A stretch of 64,000 bases of DNA from Methanomicrobia archaeon (GTDB lineage Archaea; Halobacteriota; Bog-38; Methanoflorentales; Methanoflorentaceae). This document shows positions 20,620 through 29,144 of the stretch, piece by piece (position 1 is the stretch's first letter; each line of letters starts with the position of its first letter). The position numbers were made by a program, and so were the translations under genes. The notes under the pieces were generated by a model. That model saw only the letters and a program-made list of their open reading frames with translations, did not search any database and was not told the DNA's origin. The stretch is taken from the NCBI GenBank assembly GCA_015660915.1, contig JACTTZ010000005.1, positions 29,035 through 93,034 on the forward strand, read 5' to 3'.

Positions 20620-21411
20620 ATGGCTAACGAAAAATATTGCCAGAACTGTGGGGCGAAGAATCAACCGTACGCTGCATTTTGTGAAGATTGCGGCACCTCG
20701 TTCATCCCGTCTCCCGAATCCCCGCTAACCCCCCCACTGCCGCCTCCGCCGGCAGAGCCTTTAGGCGATGAATCATTGCATGCCGCCCCTCCCGAGCCTC
20801 CTCGTCGCTTCAAGAAGCGATACGTCCTTTATGGTGTGCTCGTCCTTTTAGCGCTATTTATCGTAGCCGGCGCGATATCTGCTTCTCAACAAACGGTTAA
20901 CAGATCGATAGCGACGCCAACTACCCAAGCATCGGCTATCGCCACGATCGGGCCGACGCCCGAAGTGACAGCCTCCGTCGCAGCAACTGCGACGGCGAGC
21001 GCATCGGCCACCCCGTCGGCCACGCCGTCGACCGCAGCGTCGGCATCGCCAGACTATACGAGCAGACTAAATACTGTCGGTTTGGGGGCAGGACTCGTCA
21101 GTGCTTCTCCATTTGAAAAGGTGACGATAAACGGCAAACAGGCCTACGAGGGTACGCTCGTAAATAATGGCAAGACGTACAACGCGCAAGTCTACCCCAT
21201 GAACTCATATTCGGAGACTATCACCTTTAAGGACCAACTAATAAGTGCTTACGAATCGCAGGGATACGTGGCCTACACCCCGGGTAACGTCGCAGATACC
21301 AGCCTCAATATATGGTACGGTCTTTCAGGAAACACGCTTGTCAGCATTTCAGCGATGCCTACTTCACAAATTAACGCGCCAGTACTCTTGGTAATGACCG
21401 CGACAACCTAG
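20620..21411 (+). CDS. Zinc-ribbon membrane protein with Pro-rich linker, one TM and an Ala/Thr/Ser-rich extracellular stalk
   Basis: CQNCGAKN...CEDCG zinc ribbon, PLTPPLPPPPAEP, TM helix (VLYGVLVLLALFIVAGAI), then an ATATASAS-type tract. Confidence 0.55.
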   Translation: MANEKYCQNCGAKNQPYAAFCEDCGTSFIPSPESPLTPPLPPPPAEPLGDESLHAAPPEPPRRFKKRYVLYGVLVLLALFIVAGAISASQQTVNRSIATPTTQASAIATIGPTPEVTASVAATATASASATPSATPSTAASASPDYTSRLNTVGLGAGLVSASPFEKVTINGKQAYEGTLVNNGKTYNAQVYPMNSYSETITFKDQLISAYESQGYVAYTPGNVADTSLNIWYGLSGNTLVSISAMPTSQINAPVLLVMTATT

Positions 21412-21562
21412 GCGCAAGCGTCGGCGACCGTGAACGAAAGTGTGCGAATCAGAATTAGCGACTCTAGACTTATCTGAAGACAAATACTCAACCACTTTGA
21501 TCGCAAAGCAGACTTGCTCAACCTGCCTTCGAACTGACAGCTGCCGTCGTTTCGGCGACTGA

Positions 21563-21742
21563 CTACCGCGATCCCGCTCTGACGCTCACAAACACATATA
21601 AGGCTGCAGCGAAAGCTAAAAGAACGTAACCGATCGCACTGACGGGCGTGAACGCGAATACGAGCCCTGTAGCTACGATAGCAGCGATAATCAGCGCCGT
21701 CTTCAGCGTTATCGTTCCCTGGACGTCAAGAGGGGTTGGCAT
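21563..21742 (-). CDS. Small (59 aa) two-TM membrane protein, below the ORF-track cutoff
   Basis: Hand translation: MPTPLDVQGTITLKTALIIAAIVATGLVFAFTPVSAIGYVLLAFAAALYVFVSVRAGSR. Confidence 0.3.
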   Translation of the reverse strand: MPTPLDVQGTITLKTALIIAAIVATGLVFAFTPVSAIGYVLLAFAAALYVFVSVRAGSR

Positions 21743-21900
21743 AGGTTAGCGCTTACTTTGGTGGCGGACTCTGCGCGAATGTTGCGCGCGAATTAATCGC
21801 GTGCGTGGTGGAATGGTCCGCGTGAAGATAATGGTTGTGATTAGCACTTAAATGCCCCAGATACGAGGGAAACGGTTAAGACGCGTCGCTGTTACTAGAA

Positions 21901-21946
21901 TGTTGGAGCGGTTCCAGTTTATACGCGACTCGGTACCGCTCCAACT
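21901..21946. repeat. Imperfect inverted repeat / hairpin (13-bp arms, 16-nt loop) containing GGAGCGGT
   Basis: ttggagcggttcc ... ggtaccgctccaa. Confidence 0.5.
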
Positions 21947-22209
21947 GTTGCTTTAACCTCATCATCTCGCGGCGCTCGTCGCAAAGTAGCTCGACCCTGC
22001 AGCCCCAGTATGCTACTCGCGGCAAAATTACTGGTTCCGGCGACACTTATCGACTAGGAGCTTGCGCTAGTGAGTATCAAAAAAGGACAGATTCCTGTTC
22101 TTTTTTTGAAAATAGCTGAAGCTGAGAGGGAGCTCCATAACACACAAAATTTGTTATAAAGCCTCAAATAGCTCTTAGTCATACTACATTCTGCCTCGGT
22201 CTACAATTG

Positions 22210-22310
22210 CTAAGGCTGTTAAACCGCTCCGGTTCATAAAAGGTCGATGCTTGGGCCAAAAGAAGTTCCTGTGCTATTTTAGGAGTGCGCGGAGCGGTCA
22301 ACAGCCTTAG
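22210..22310. repeat. Long imperfect inverted repeat (~21-bp arms, 57-nt spacer) containing the same GGAGCGGT/ACCGCTCC core
   Basis: ctaaggctgttaaaccgctccg ... cggagcggtcaacagccttag. Confidence 0.5.
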
Positions 22311-23020
22311 TTGAATTTTGTTCTTTTTTACCTCCACAACGTTTTCAGCTTCGAAGTGCTCGTAGCCTCACACAGGCCTGCTGCTGTTAACGGTCTTTCT
22401 ACCATTTCTCGCAGATTGTCTGTGTAATCACCTCAGAACGCTCCTTGTCCTTCTCGATTGAAGCAACTCTCGCAGCGTTCGCAGGCTCTATGACGGTGTC
22501 TTCACGCGAAGCAAGCAACCTCTCTATGTCTTCACATCGATAGTCGAGGCATTCCTCCCAAAGTCGGTATGCACGTTTGGTTGAGGTACGAATCTACAGG
22601 CTGCGTCAAGATTCGTTGCCGTTTGCTGAGAAACTGCTTGGGGGCTGCGTTCGCCTCAAGAAAAGGAGGTGAAGCATATCGTCTGACCTTAGAGGGGCAC
22701 CAGCTGCACTAAGTAATGCGACACAACTATCTCTAAGCGTTTTTTTTTCACTGCGTAAGAATGTCGCCTAGGCGGAGCTCTCGACGGTCTAGTCGTTCCT
22801 GCGCTGATAGTGCTTAGCGATATGATCGTGGCGGCAATTGTCGTGCTCATGGGCTCCGCCGCAGGACACATGATTCCACAGCACGAGGTGCAATGTTTAG
22901 CGCAAATTGTCTGAATCGCTTTTCAGCATCATATCGATACGTTTTTATGTTTCTAATACGTCTTGGATAACGTAGAGAGTAGCGGGAGCGATCTACCTTA
23001 TAAAAAATGGATTGTAAAGC

Positions 23021-23812
23021 ATGGCGGGCATTGGCAATATCATGACACGCACCAGGCATTTAGGGTCACGCGTGGTAACCGAAAGCTGCCGTTTTCGCGA
23101 CATCTATTTTGCGACTACGGTCAGCCGCGCGATTCGTGCTAAAGAAGATGCATTAACCCTTTTATTCAAACCAAACGTTTCGAAGCGAGCTGCTAAAGGG
23201 GATATAGCAGGACTCTTAAGAGCTCTGCACTATAAACGCGATCAGCGCGTGCGTGCGGATGCAGCGAGGGCCTTAGGCGTAGCGGTCGCCCACTGCGCTG
23301 TTCCAGCGCTCAGTGAAGCGCTCAGCGACGAATACGACTACGTTCGCGTTGCTGCGGTTGAAGCGCTCGGCCAGATAGCCGATCAAGATGCAGCAACTCC
23401 TCTGATAGGCGCTCTCGAAGATGAGTGCGAAGGAGTTCGCAAGGTGGCAGCGATCGCCCTCGGCAAGGTCGGCGACCGGCAAGCGGCGCCGTTCCTCATC
23501 GAGGCGCTCTCCGATGACGAATGGATGGTTCGAAGAGCGGCAGCTGAAGCTCTTGGCGCGCTGATGGACACGAGATCGGTTCCATCGCTCATCGATGCAC
23601 TACGTGATCCGGTCTACGACGTTCGAAAAACAGCAGCCAAATCGCTTGGTGGGCTTCGCAACGAGCGAGCAATAGAACCGCTAAAAAAGTTGCTGAGCGA
23701 CAATATGCCCCCCGTTCGAACGGTAGCCGCATTGACACTGAAAAGACTCTGCGGTCTGAGGGCCAAGCAAGGACCGATCGTACAATACGGTTCGACAGTT
23801 AGACAGAGGTAG
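23021..23812 (+). CDS. HEAT-repeat (PBS-lyase-type) protein
   Basis: At least 6 tandem ~31-aa repeats of the form D..VR..AA.ALG.IGD..A...L...L.D. True start is probably downstream of the track start; TATA-like cttataaaaaat at ~23000. Confidence 0.8.
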   Translation: MAGIGNIMTRTRHLGSRVVTESCRFRDIYFATTVSRAIRAKEDALTLLFKPNVSKRAAKGDIAGLLRALHYKRDQRVRADAARALGVAVAHCAVPALSEALSDEYDYVRVAAVEALGQIADQDAATPLIGALEDECEGVRKVAAIALGKVGDRQAAPFLIEALSDDEWMVRRAAAEALGALMDTRSVPSLIDALRDPVYDVRKTAAKSLGGLRNERAIEPLKKLLSDNMPPVRTVAALTLKRLCGLRAKQGPIVQYGSTVRQR

Positions 23813-23839
23813 CTTTAGGCCTTCCGAGCAAAAGAATGA

Positions 23840-23883
23840 TGGGCTCGGCCGGTTCGAACCGGTGACCTGCGCCATGTCAAGGC
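23840..23883 (-). repeat. Degenerate duplicate of the 3' half of tRNA-Val (anticodon loop to 3' end); putative distal att site
   Basis: Minus strand GCCTTGACATGGCGCAGGTCACCGGTTCGAACCGGCCGAGCCCA matches the intact tRNA at 25741..25814 at about 40 of 46 positions; no 5' half present. Confidence 0.6.
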
Positions 23884-24221
23884 TCCAATTTGCGTTTATT
23901 CATTATTTAGAGCTTCTAGCCGGCTCCGTTTGCGGTTACGGTGGGAGAAGACCAAAACGCGAGCGCGCTATTATACGTCGTCTTTTAAATCGTCGTAGCG
24001 GCACCGGCGAGTCGACGGAATTCACGCGGCAGCCGAATGATCGGGTAAGAGTGCGACGGCTTCGCGCTTTGAACGCTTATCGTGTGCATGCAAATCGGTT
24101 GCATACGTTCGTGAAAGTGCTGTTTGCGTATGGCGGTTCCGATTCGAGGCGAGTTACTCGATATCGGCAATCGGGACTATCATTATTTTTCAGACACGAG
24201 TAACGAATGTAAAGGGGCGAA

Positions 24222-24404
24222 TTAATTTGCCCGTAATATGACTGCTGTAGGTGCGTTAAGTCCCTCGACTGTAAACTTCGCGGCGATAATGAGCGCGTCT
24301 CTGATTGTGAGTATTTCCGACATCCGCCGCTTGCCATATTGAACGTGCGGCGGTAAAAGGCCAGGCCTAAGCGTTAATCGCCGGCGCAACGTTTGCGATA
24401 GCAC
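24222..24404 (-). CDS. Hypothetical small protein (third gene of the minus-strand cassette)
   Basis: 60-aa ORF overlapping the 3' end of the RHH-like ORF by 30 nt in another frame; no motif recognised. Confidence 0.25.
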   Translation of the reverse strand: MLSQTLRRRLTLRPGLLPPHVQYGKRRMSEILTIRDALIIAAKFTVEGLNAPTAVILRAN

Positions 24405-24517
24405 GCGAGTAACCGCTTGATGATATCGTCAAACGTCTCGCCGCGCTTGCCGATAGCGTCTATCTGGGCTTTCGTCTCAAAGTGCACCGATATCGTCACG
24501 CGATCTTCACGTCTCAT
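24374..24517 (-). CDS. 47-aa ribbon-helix-helix-like DNA-binding mini-protein (below ORF-track cutoff)
   Basis: Hand translation MRREDRVTISVHFETKAQIDAIGKRGETFDDIIKRLLACYRKRCAGD: a beta-strand followed by two helices, as in CopG/antitoxin-type RHH. Starts 6 nt after the stop of the 120-aa ORF. Confidence 0.35.
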   Translation of the reverse strand: MRREDRVTISVHFETKAQIDAIGKRGETFDDIIKRLLACYRKRCAGD

Positions 24518-24523
24518 ATTTTC

Positions 24524-24886
24524 TTACGCATCAGGGCGCATAGTCTCGCGCAATCGGCCGCCGCAATCGTAATGCGATGCCGCTTCGCTCTCGGTAAGCG
24601 GCCTCACGACCTGGGATAGGTACTGGCATACTATGTCGGCGGCATCGGTCGGTATTTCAAATAAGCCGAGGTATAAATCGGTTACGCGCCAAAATTCGTC
24701 GCGATCCTTTACTAAATCGTATTCAAGCGCTTCAAGGTCAATAGAACCGAGCCGCGTTTTTTCGCGTACGCGTCCGTTTGGCGTCCGCTTCTCCACTACC
24801 GCATGTAGCGTGATCGCGCCATGTCGGACCCACCTTCGTGGGCCGTTTTCCTCCCGTACGAACCTGACGCGGTATTCGCTATCCAT
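24524..24886 (-). CDS. Hypothetical protein (first gene of the minus-strand cassette)
   Basis: 120 aa; no recognisable motif; immediately downstream of the iteron/TATA region. Confidence 0.4.
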   Translation of the reverse strand: MDSEYRVRFVREENGPRRWVRHGAITLHAVVEKRTPNGRVREKTRLGSIDLEALEYDLVKDRDEFWRVTDLYLGLFEIPTDAADIVCQYLSQVVRPLTESEAASHYDCGGRLRETMRPDA

Positions 24887-24932
24887 GATTATCTCGTTTT
24901 CTGCCTTATTTTTCCGTATTTAGTCACGAGTA

Positions 24933-24982
24933 GTAACGGTAACATGATATATAAGCGTTACTAAGATTGTTACAATAGTAAC
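24933..24982. promoter_or_regulatory. Array of five GTAAC/GTTAC half-sites around an AT-rich TATA-like core; putative operator/promoter or origin-like iterons
   Basis: gTAGTAACgGTAACatgatatataaGCGTTACtaagattGTTACaataGTAACta, located 47-96 nt upstream of the 120-aa ORF start on the minus strand. Confidence 0.4.
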
Positions 24983-25210
24983 TATCCGCTAAAAAGGAAG
25001 CGGAAAACAATCGAAAGCGTCAAAGGCAGTATAACATATTTGAACCCCTGTTAGGCGGCAAAAATTAGGTCAGTCTCAACGAGGTTAACAAATAATCTCA
25101 GATTCCTGCTATTTTAGAACTTAAGCAAAATGCCCCAATCCCGCTATTTTGGTGATGTCATCTTATCAGGGCCGAATGCGAAGGCGAGATAATCTTAAGA
25201 GGCCAGCAGA

Positions 25211-25552
25211 TTAACTCACGTTATAACGATGATGGACTGCCGACGGTGCGAAAAGTATAACGACTGCAAGCTGCGTGGTGAGAGGGATCACGTGCCTTAT
25301 TGCGATCAGTACAGACGTCCGCGCCCTTTCATGTACACGACATAGAGGGAAGCCGTACTGTTCTTTACCCTTGCTCGTATACCTTGCTAACGTTGTGACG
25401 CGCAGTTCTTGCAAAGTTGTTTGCGATATCTCACCGTGGGTACTTCGCCATAATGTGCTCGCGGATCGAATAATCCAGTCGTGTGACGTTTCCGCGAGTC
25501 CGGTCAGCCGAGCGTCGGCATAGCTACAAAGTTCGTCCCTCGTAAACCTCAA
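25211..25552 (-). CDS. Hypothetical protein adjacent to tRNA-Val (possible decayed element gene)
   Basis: 113 aa; no clear motif; overlapped by an 82-aa plus-strand ORF, so the true coding frame is uncertain. Confidence 0.3.
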   Translation of the reverse strand: MRFTRDELCSYADARLTGLAETSHDWIIRSASTLWRSTHGEISQTTLQELRVTTLARYTSKGKEQYGFPLCRVHERARTSVLIAIRHVIPLTTQLAVVILFAPSAVHHRYNVS

Positions 25553-25740
25553 AAACGAGCGTGCTGAGCGTTTGCGTGCTATTTTGGGCGTCTAACTGAC
25601 CGACATTAAGCGATTGTTTGTAGTCCTACGCTTATCGGTATTAGTCGCGATATCGCTGGTCGCTATGAGTTGTGTACTAGTAGACAACTATATCAAAGAA
25701 CGCTGCGACTTTCGTTCGTCGAAAAAAGACGAGATACAGA

Positions 25741-25814
25741 TGGGCTCGGCCGGATTCGGACCGGCGATCTCCGCCATGTCAAGGCGACGTCATAACCAGC
25801 TAGACCACGAGCCC
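25741..25814 (-). tRNA. tRNA-Val (anticodon GAC), 74 nt, no encoded CCA
   Basis: Minus strand GGGCTCGTGGTCTAGCTGGTTATGACGTCGCCTTGACATGGCGGAGATCGCCGGTCCGAATCCGGCCGAGCCCA. 7-bp acceptor stem, anticodon loop TTGACAT, T-stem GCCGG/CCGGC. T-loop is TCCGAAT (C at position 55 instead of U). Confidence 0.8.
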
Positions 25815-26137
25815 TAACGCAGTGCTATCTGATCGCTCTCTAATAAACCTATTGTCAAGCCAAAACAGCTGATTTTCTTAACTAAAATCAACACGCAGCA
25901 GATGCCAACCCAAGCTTACGTCAATCTTTGCGCGACGATGTAGATGCTACTCGATAAGCGGTTCCACAGGCAGCGCGAGTCTTTGCTTAAGCGCTACATT
26001 GCGCCTACTGGCGCATTCACCTACGTTCGCACAAACACGCAACCAAAATGTATAAAACGGTTAATGCGCTTTATAGACAGCAGCAAATTGGCTTCTTACA
26101 GCGCGAATGCAAACAGCGGCACGCAGAGAAGGTATCA

Positions 26138-27073
26138 ATGATGGAATCGATAGTAATTGAGCACTTGTCGAAAAAGTATGGACAGTTCGTTGCGGTAAAC
26201 GACCTCAATTTGACCGTCGAACAGGGCGTTTGTGTGGGATATCTCGGTCCTAACGGAGCGGGCAAAACGACCACTATAAAGGTGCTGACAAACCTGCTTA
26301 GAGCCACGAACGGCAAGGCCTACCTCAACGGCATTGACGTCATCCACCATCCCAAAGCCGCACTCGAGGGAGTGGGCGCGGTCGTGGAAACACCCGAGTT
26401 TTACCCACAACTGACGCCTGACGAATGCTTATCATACGTCGGAACGATCCGCGGCATGAGCGGCGAAGCGATTGCTGAGCGCTCGCACGCTGTTCTAGAG
26501 CAGGTCAAGCTCCTCGAAGTGGCTGATAAGCGAACGGGTCAATTCTCAAAAGGGATGAAGCAAAGATTAGCAATTGCTCAAGCGCTCTTGCACGAGCCAT
26601 CCATACTGATCCTCGACGAGCCTACGTCAGGCCTCGATCCGCGCGGCATGGTCGAAGTGCGTGATATTATCAAAGGACTAATAAAGACAGATATCACGAT
26701 ATTGATGAGTTCGCACCTATTATACGAGGTACAAGAGGTATGCGACAAAGTCGCGATCATCGATCGAGGCGTGCTCTTGACGTATGACTCCGTGAAGAAC
26801 CTTTCAGCGGGTCAAGATGTAACGGTGACAATCACCACGCTCGACCCAATCACGCGGCCTGAGTTCGAAGCGATAAAAGCGCTCAAGGACGTGACGTCCG
26901 TAAAACGAACAGAAACGCTCGCGCTCAAGCTCAGCTTCAGTGGTGGCCCCGAAACACAGTTCCACGTGCTCCGCGGGATTCTGAACACGGGCGTCAAAGT
27001 CGTTTCGTATATGCCGCAGCGCGCGGCGATAGAAGACGTTTATCTGCAGCTGGTGCCCGAGGGGGAGGCGTAA
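26138..27073 (+). CDS. ABC transporter ATP-binding protein (ABC-2/DrrA-like)
   Basis: Walker A GPNGAGKTT, signature FSKGMKQRL, Walker B ILILDEP. The track ORF starts at 26048, but the conserved N-terminus starts at MMESIVIEHL. Confidence 0.9.
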   Translation: MMESIVIEHLSKKYGQFVAVNDLNLTVEQGVCVGYLGPNGAGKTTTIKVLTNLLRATNGKAYLNGIDVIHHPKAALEGVGAVVETPEFYPQLTPDECLSYVGTIRGMSGEAIAERSHAVLEQVKLLEVADKRTGQFSKGMKQRLAIAQALLHEPSILILDEPTSGLDPRGMVEVRDIIKGLIKTDITILMSSHLLYEVQEVCDKVAIIDRGVLLTYDSVKNLSAGQDVTVTITTLDPITRPEFEAIKALKDVTSVKRTETLALKLSFSGGPETQFHVLRGILNTGVKVVSYMPQRAAIEDVYLQLVPEGEA

Positions 27074-27075
27074 CG

Positions 27076-27903
27076 ATGGCACCGAACAGCGTGCGGCAGA
27101 TCGCGACTGTGATAAAATACGAGCTCTTGAAATACCTCCGCGGGCGGCGGTTGCTCGCCATTGTTCTGCTTACCATTATTATTAGCGCCATTTTTCTCAT
27201 CGTCCCTCCCGCAATCGGCACTGCTTATCCCAAAGACCCAACGGATTTCATTACGCGCGTACTCTCGTTTCTGGGCGTCCTTTCCATACTAAGCGCCACA
27301 TTTTTTGGTGCTGACGCGATCGTGTCGGAGTATGAATCGAAGACGGGGTACTTTCTGTTTCCCAATCCGATTAGGAAAACGGCGATATTTGTCGGCAAGT
27401 TTATCGCAAGCGCGCTCGTTTCAGTAGGCGCGATCGGGCTCTACTACGTGATAGCGGTAGTTTCGGTGCGGGTGATCGATGGCAGCATACCCGCGAATAC
27501 GGGCCTTTCGTTTGCCTATTCGCTGATATACCTGTTCGCCATCCTCGCGATCGCCTACCTGTTCAGCGCGATAATGCGCAGTTCGGTGTACTCGCTCGTC
27601 CTGACGTTCTTCACCTTCTTCCTGATCCTACCGATTATCGACGCCGTAGGATCAGTAGCGAAGTTCAAACCGTGGTTCTCCGTCACCTTCGCGAACGGGA
27701 TTTCACAGTACATATTCCAGAACCCCTACCCAGCCGATAAAGTGTTCACGACGACTGCCGCTGGAGGACCAAGCGCCGGCGTGCAAACGTATTCGCTAGT
27801 GCAGTACTATCCCGAGATTCGATTGAGCGTGATCGTGATGGCGGCATACTTTGTCGTTGCATTCGTGTTGAGCATTATCTTAGCCCGACGAAGGGAGATG
27901 TAG
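27076..27903 (+). CDS. ABC-2 type transporter permease
   Basis: 275 aa; 6 predicted TM helices; starts 3 nt after the ATPase stop. Confidence 0.7.
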   Translation: MAPNSVRQIATVIKYELLKYLRGRRLLAIVLLTIIISAIFLIVPPAIGTAYPKDPTDFITRVLSFLGVLSILSATFFGADAIVSEYESKTGYFLFPNPIRKTAIFVGKFIASALVSVGAIGLYYVIAVVSVRVIDGSIPANTGLSFAYSLIYLFAILAIAYLFSAIMRSSVYSLVLTFFTFFLILPIIDAVGSVAKFKPWFSVTFANGISQYIFQNPYPADKVFTTTAAGGPSAGVQTYSLVQYYPEIRLSVIVMAAYFVVAFVLSIILARRREM

Positions 27904-27926
27904 ATAAACTGAGAGGAGGCAAGAAC

Positions 27927-28163
27927 GTGGCGAAAAAGTTCCTGGTACAGAAAAAAACAGGCCTCGACGTGCGAGAATATAGGTGCAAACCTAAAAACGC
28001 TATAGCCGCGGTTATGAGTGAAACGGACCTCGCAGACGGAGTAATCTTCCGAACCGAAGACGAAAAATTCGTGGTCGTTTCAGAAGGGGCAGCTGCTGTG
28101 TATGACACCTATGACGATCTGCCCACGAACGTAAAGCAACAAAAAGCTGAATCGGATCTCTAA
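27927..28163 (+). CDS. Small hypothetical protein
   Basis: 78 aa; AAGGAGG-like RBS upstream (gagaggaggcaagaacGTG); no motif recognised. Confidence 0.3.
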   Translation: MAKKFLVQKKTGLDVREYRCKPKNAIAAVMSETDLADGVIFRTEDEKFVVVSEGAAAVYDTYDDLPTNVKQQKAESDL

Positions 28164-28187
28164 AGGACAAACACCCGCTCAATCGGA

Positions 28188-29144
28188 TCAGCGATTCGTC
28201 CAATCCTGCAACGTCGTAGTACCTGGGCTTTTCGATTTTTCCTCTGCGTCGCCCCCAGATTGCGAAATTCCGAGAAGCTGCCTGAGCATAAGCGCATTAC
28301 GTGGCGCGTTGCCGCGCGGATGGTTGTTAAAATAGACCCAGACCGGCTTTGTGCTACCTAGATCAGCTTGCATCTTTGTTATGCGTTCTTTCCACGGCAC
28401 AAGCTCCTCCTCGGTATAGGTGTAATCGTAACGTGTCGACCGCTCGGGGTCCTCGCTTTTGTGTTTTTTGAACCACTCTTCCGTGTTTCTGCCGTGCAAT
28501 CGCACGTATGCACCTGTTCTTTTTGCCGAGTCCGTTATGACCGTGGGAAACGATGGTCCATCTACGACGCATAACCCAACGTTGTTGCGGTCAAGCATCT
28601 CCTTCGTTGCAGGCTCCAAATCTTGCCGAGTCACATCAAGCCACGAGATGTGTCGAAACTCCACGAAATAGGAATATTCGTCCGTGTTGAGCCTGCTGAG
28701 GAACGCATCAAGCTTTTCCAAGTTGTCGGTCCTATATCCGTGCTCAATACGTTTGACATAGGGGGTCAGTTGGACAAGAATGGCACCAAGCAGCTCATTT
28801 TGTTGAATTGGGGATATGACGTTGTTTTCAAATTCGGAGGCCATGGCGTCAAGCTCGTTGATTTCATAAAATCGCGGGAACTTGAGCGAGTACTCGAACC
28901 CTTCGTGCTTCAGGCCCTTCTCGATCCAGATATCGGTAAGCCTCTGGTTGGGGATGTTATAGTACGTGCTGTTTATTTCGACCGTTTGAAAGAGGGTAGC
29001 ATAGTAATCAAGCCATTTTGGTTTTTCGTCGCTCGGATAGAACGGACCTACCCAGTCGTCATAGCTCCATCCGCTCGTCCCAACCTTGACCTGGTTACGC
29101 AAGTGACTGGCGCGTGTGAACGCGTGCATGCACAGCTCCTGCAA
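28188..29144 (-). CDS. DUF72 family protein
   Basis: N-terminal VGTSGWSYDDWVGPFYP is the hallmark DUF72/UPF0759 motif. Confidence 0.8.
   Translation of the reverse strand: MQELCMHAFTRASHLRNQVKVGTSGWSYDDWVGPFYPSDEKPKWLDYYATLFQTVEINSTYYNIPNQRLTDIWIEKGLKHEGFEYSLKFPRFYEINELDAMASEFENNVISPIQQNELLGAILVQLTPYVKRIEHGYRTDNLEKLDAFLSRLNTDEYSYFVEFRHISWLDVTRQDLEPATKEMLDRNNVGLCVVDGPSFPTVITDSAKRTGAYVRLHGRNTEEWFKKHKSEDPERSTRYDYTYTEEELVPWKERITKMQADLGSTKPVWVYFNNHPRGNAPRNALMLRQLLGISQSGGDAEEKSKSPGTTTLQDWTNR

Larger units (their letters stand above)
23884..25740. mobile_element. Putative remnant of a tRNA-Val-targeted integrated element (~1.9 kb) without a recognisable integrase
   Basis: Bounded by an intact tRNA-Val and a 3'-half direct repeat in the orientation expected for 3'-end tRNA integration. 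Contains only short hypothetical ORFs, an RHH-like mini-ORF and an AT-rich iteron-like segment. Confidence 0.4.

Noticed and set aside
23862-24203. 113-aa Arg-rich plus-strand ORF starting inside the att repeat; considered as a possible integrase N-terminal fragment
   Set aside because: It has no recombinase motifs. The composition looks like an out-of-frame read of GC-rich DNA. It is kept only as background to the element finding.
25614-25817. 67-aa plus-strand ORF
   Set aside because: It overlaps the tRNA-Val gene on the opposite strand and has no supporting features.
26048-26137. N-terminal 30-codon extension of the ABC ATPase ORF (MYKTVNALYRQQQ...)
   Set aside because: The conserved ABC N-terminus begins at MMESIVIEHL and the extension has no homology-like features. 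A TATA-like tgtataaaac sits inside it. The 42-nt extension of the second ABC ATPase (49532) and the 51-nt extension of the CBS gene (54964) were rejected for similar reasons.
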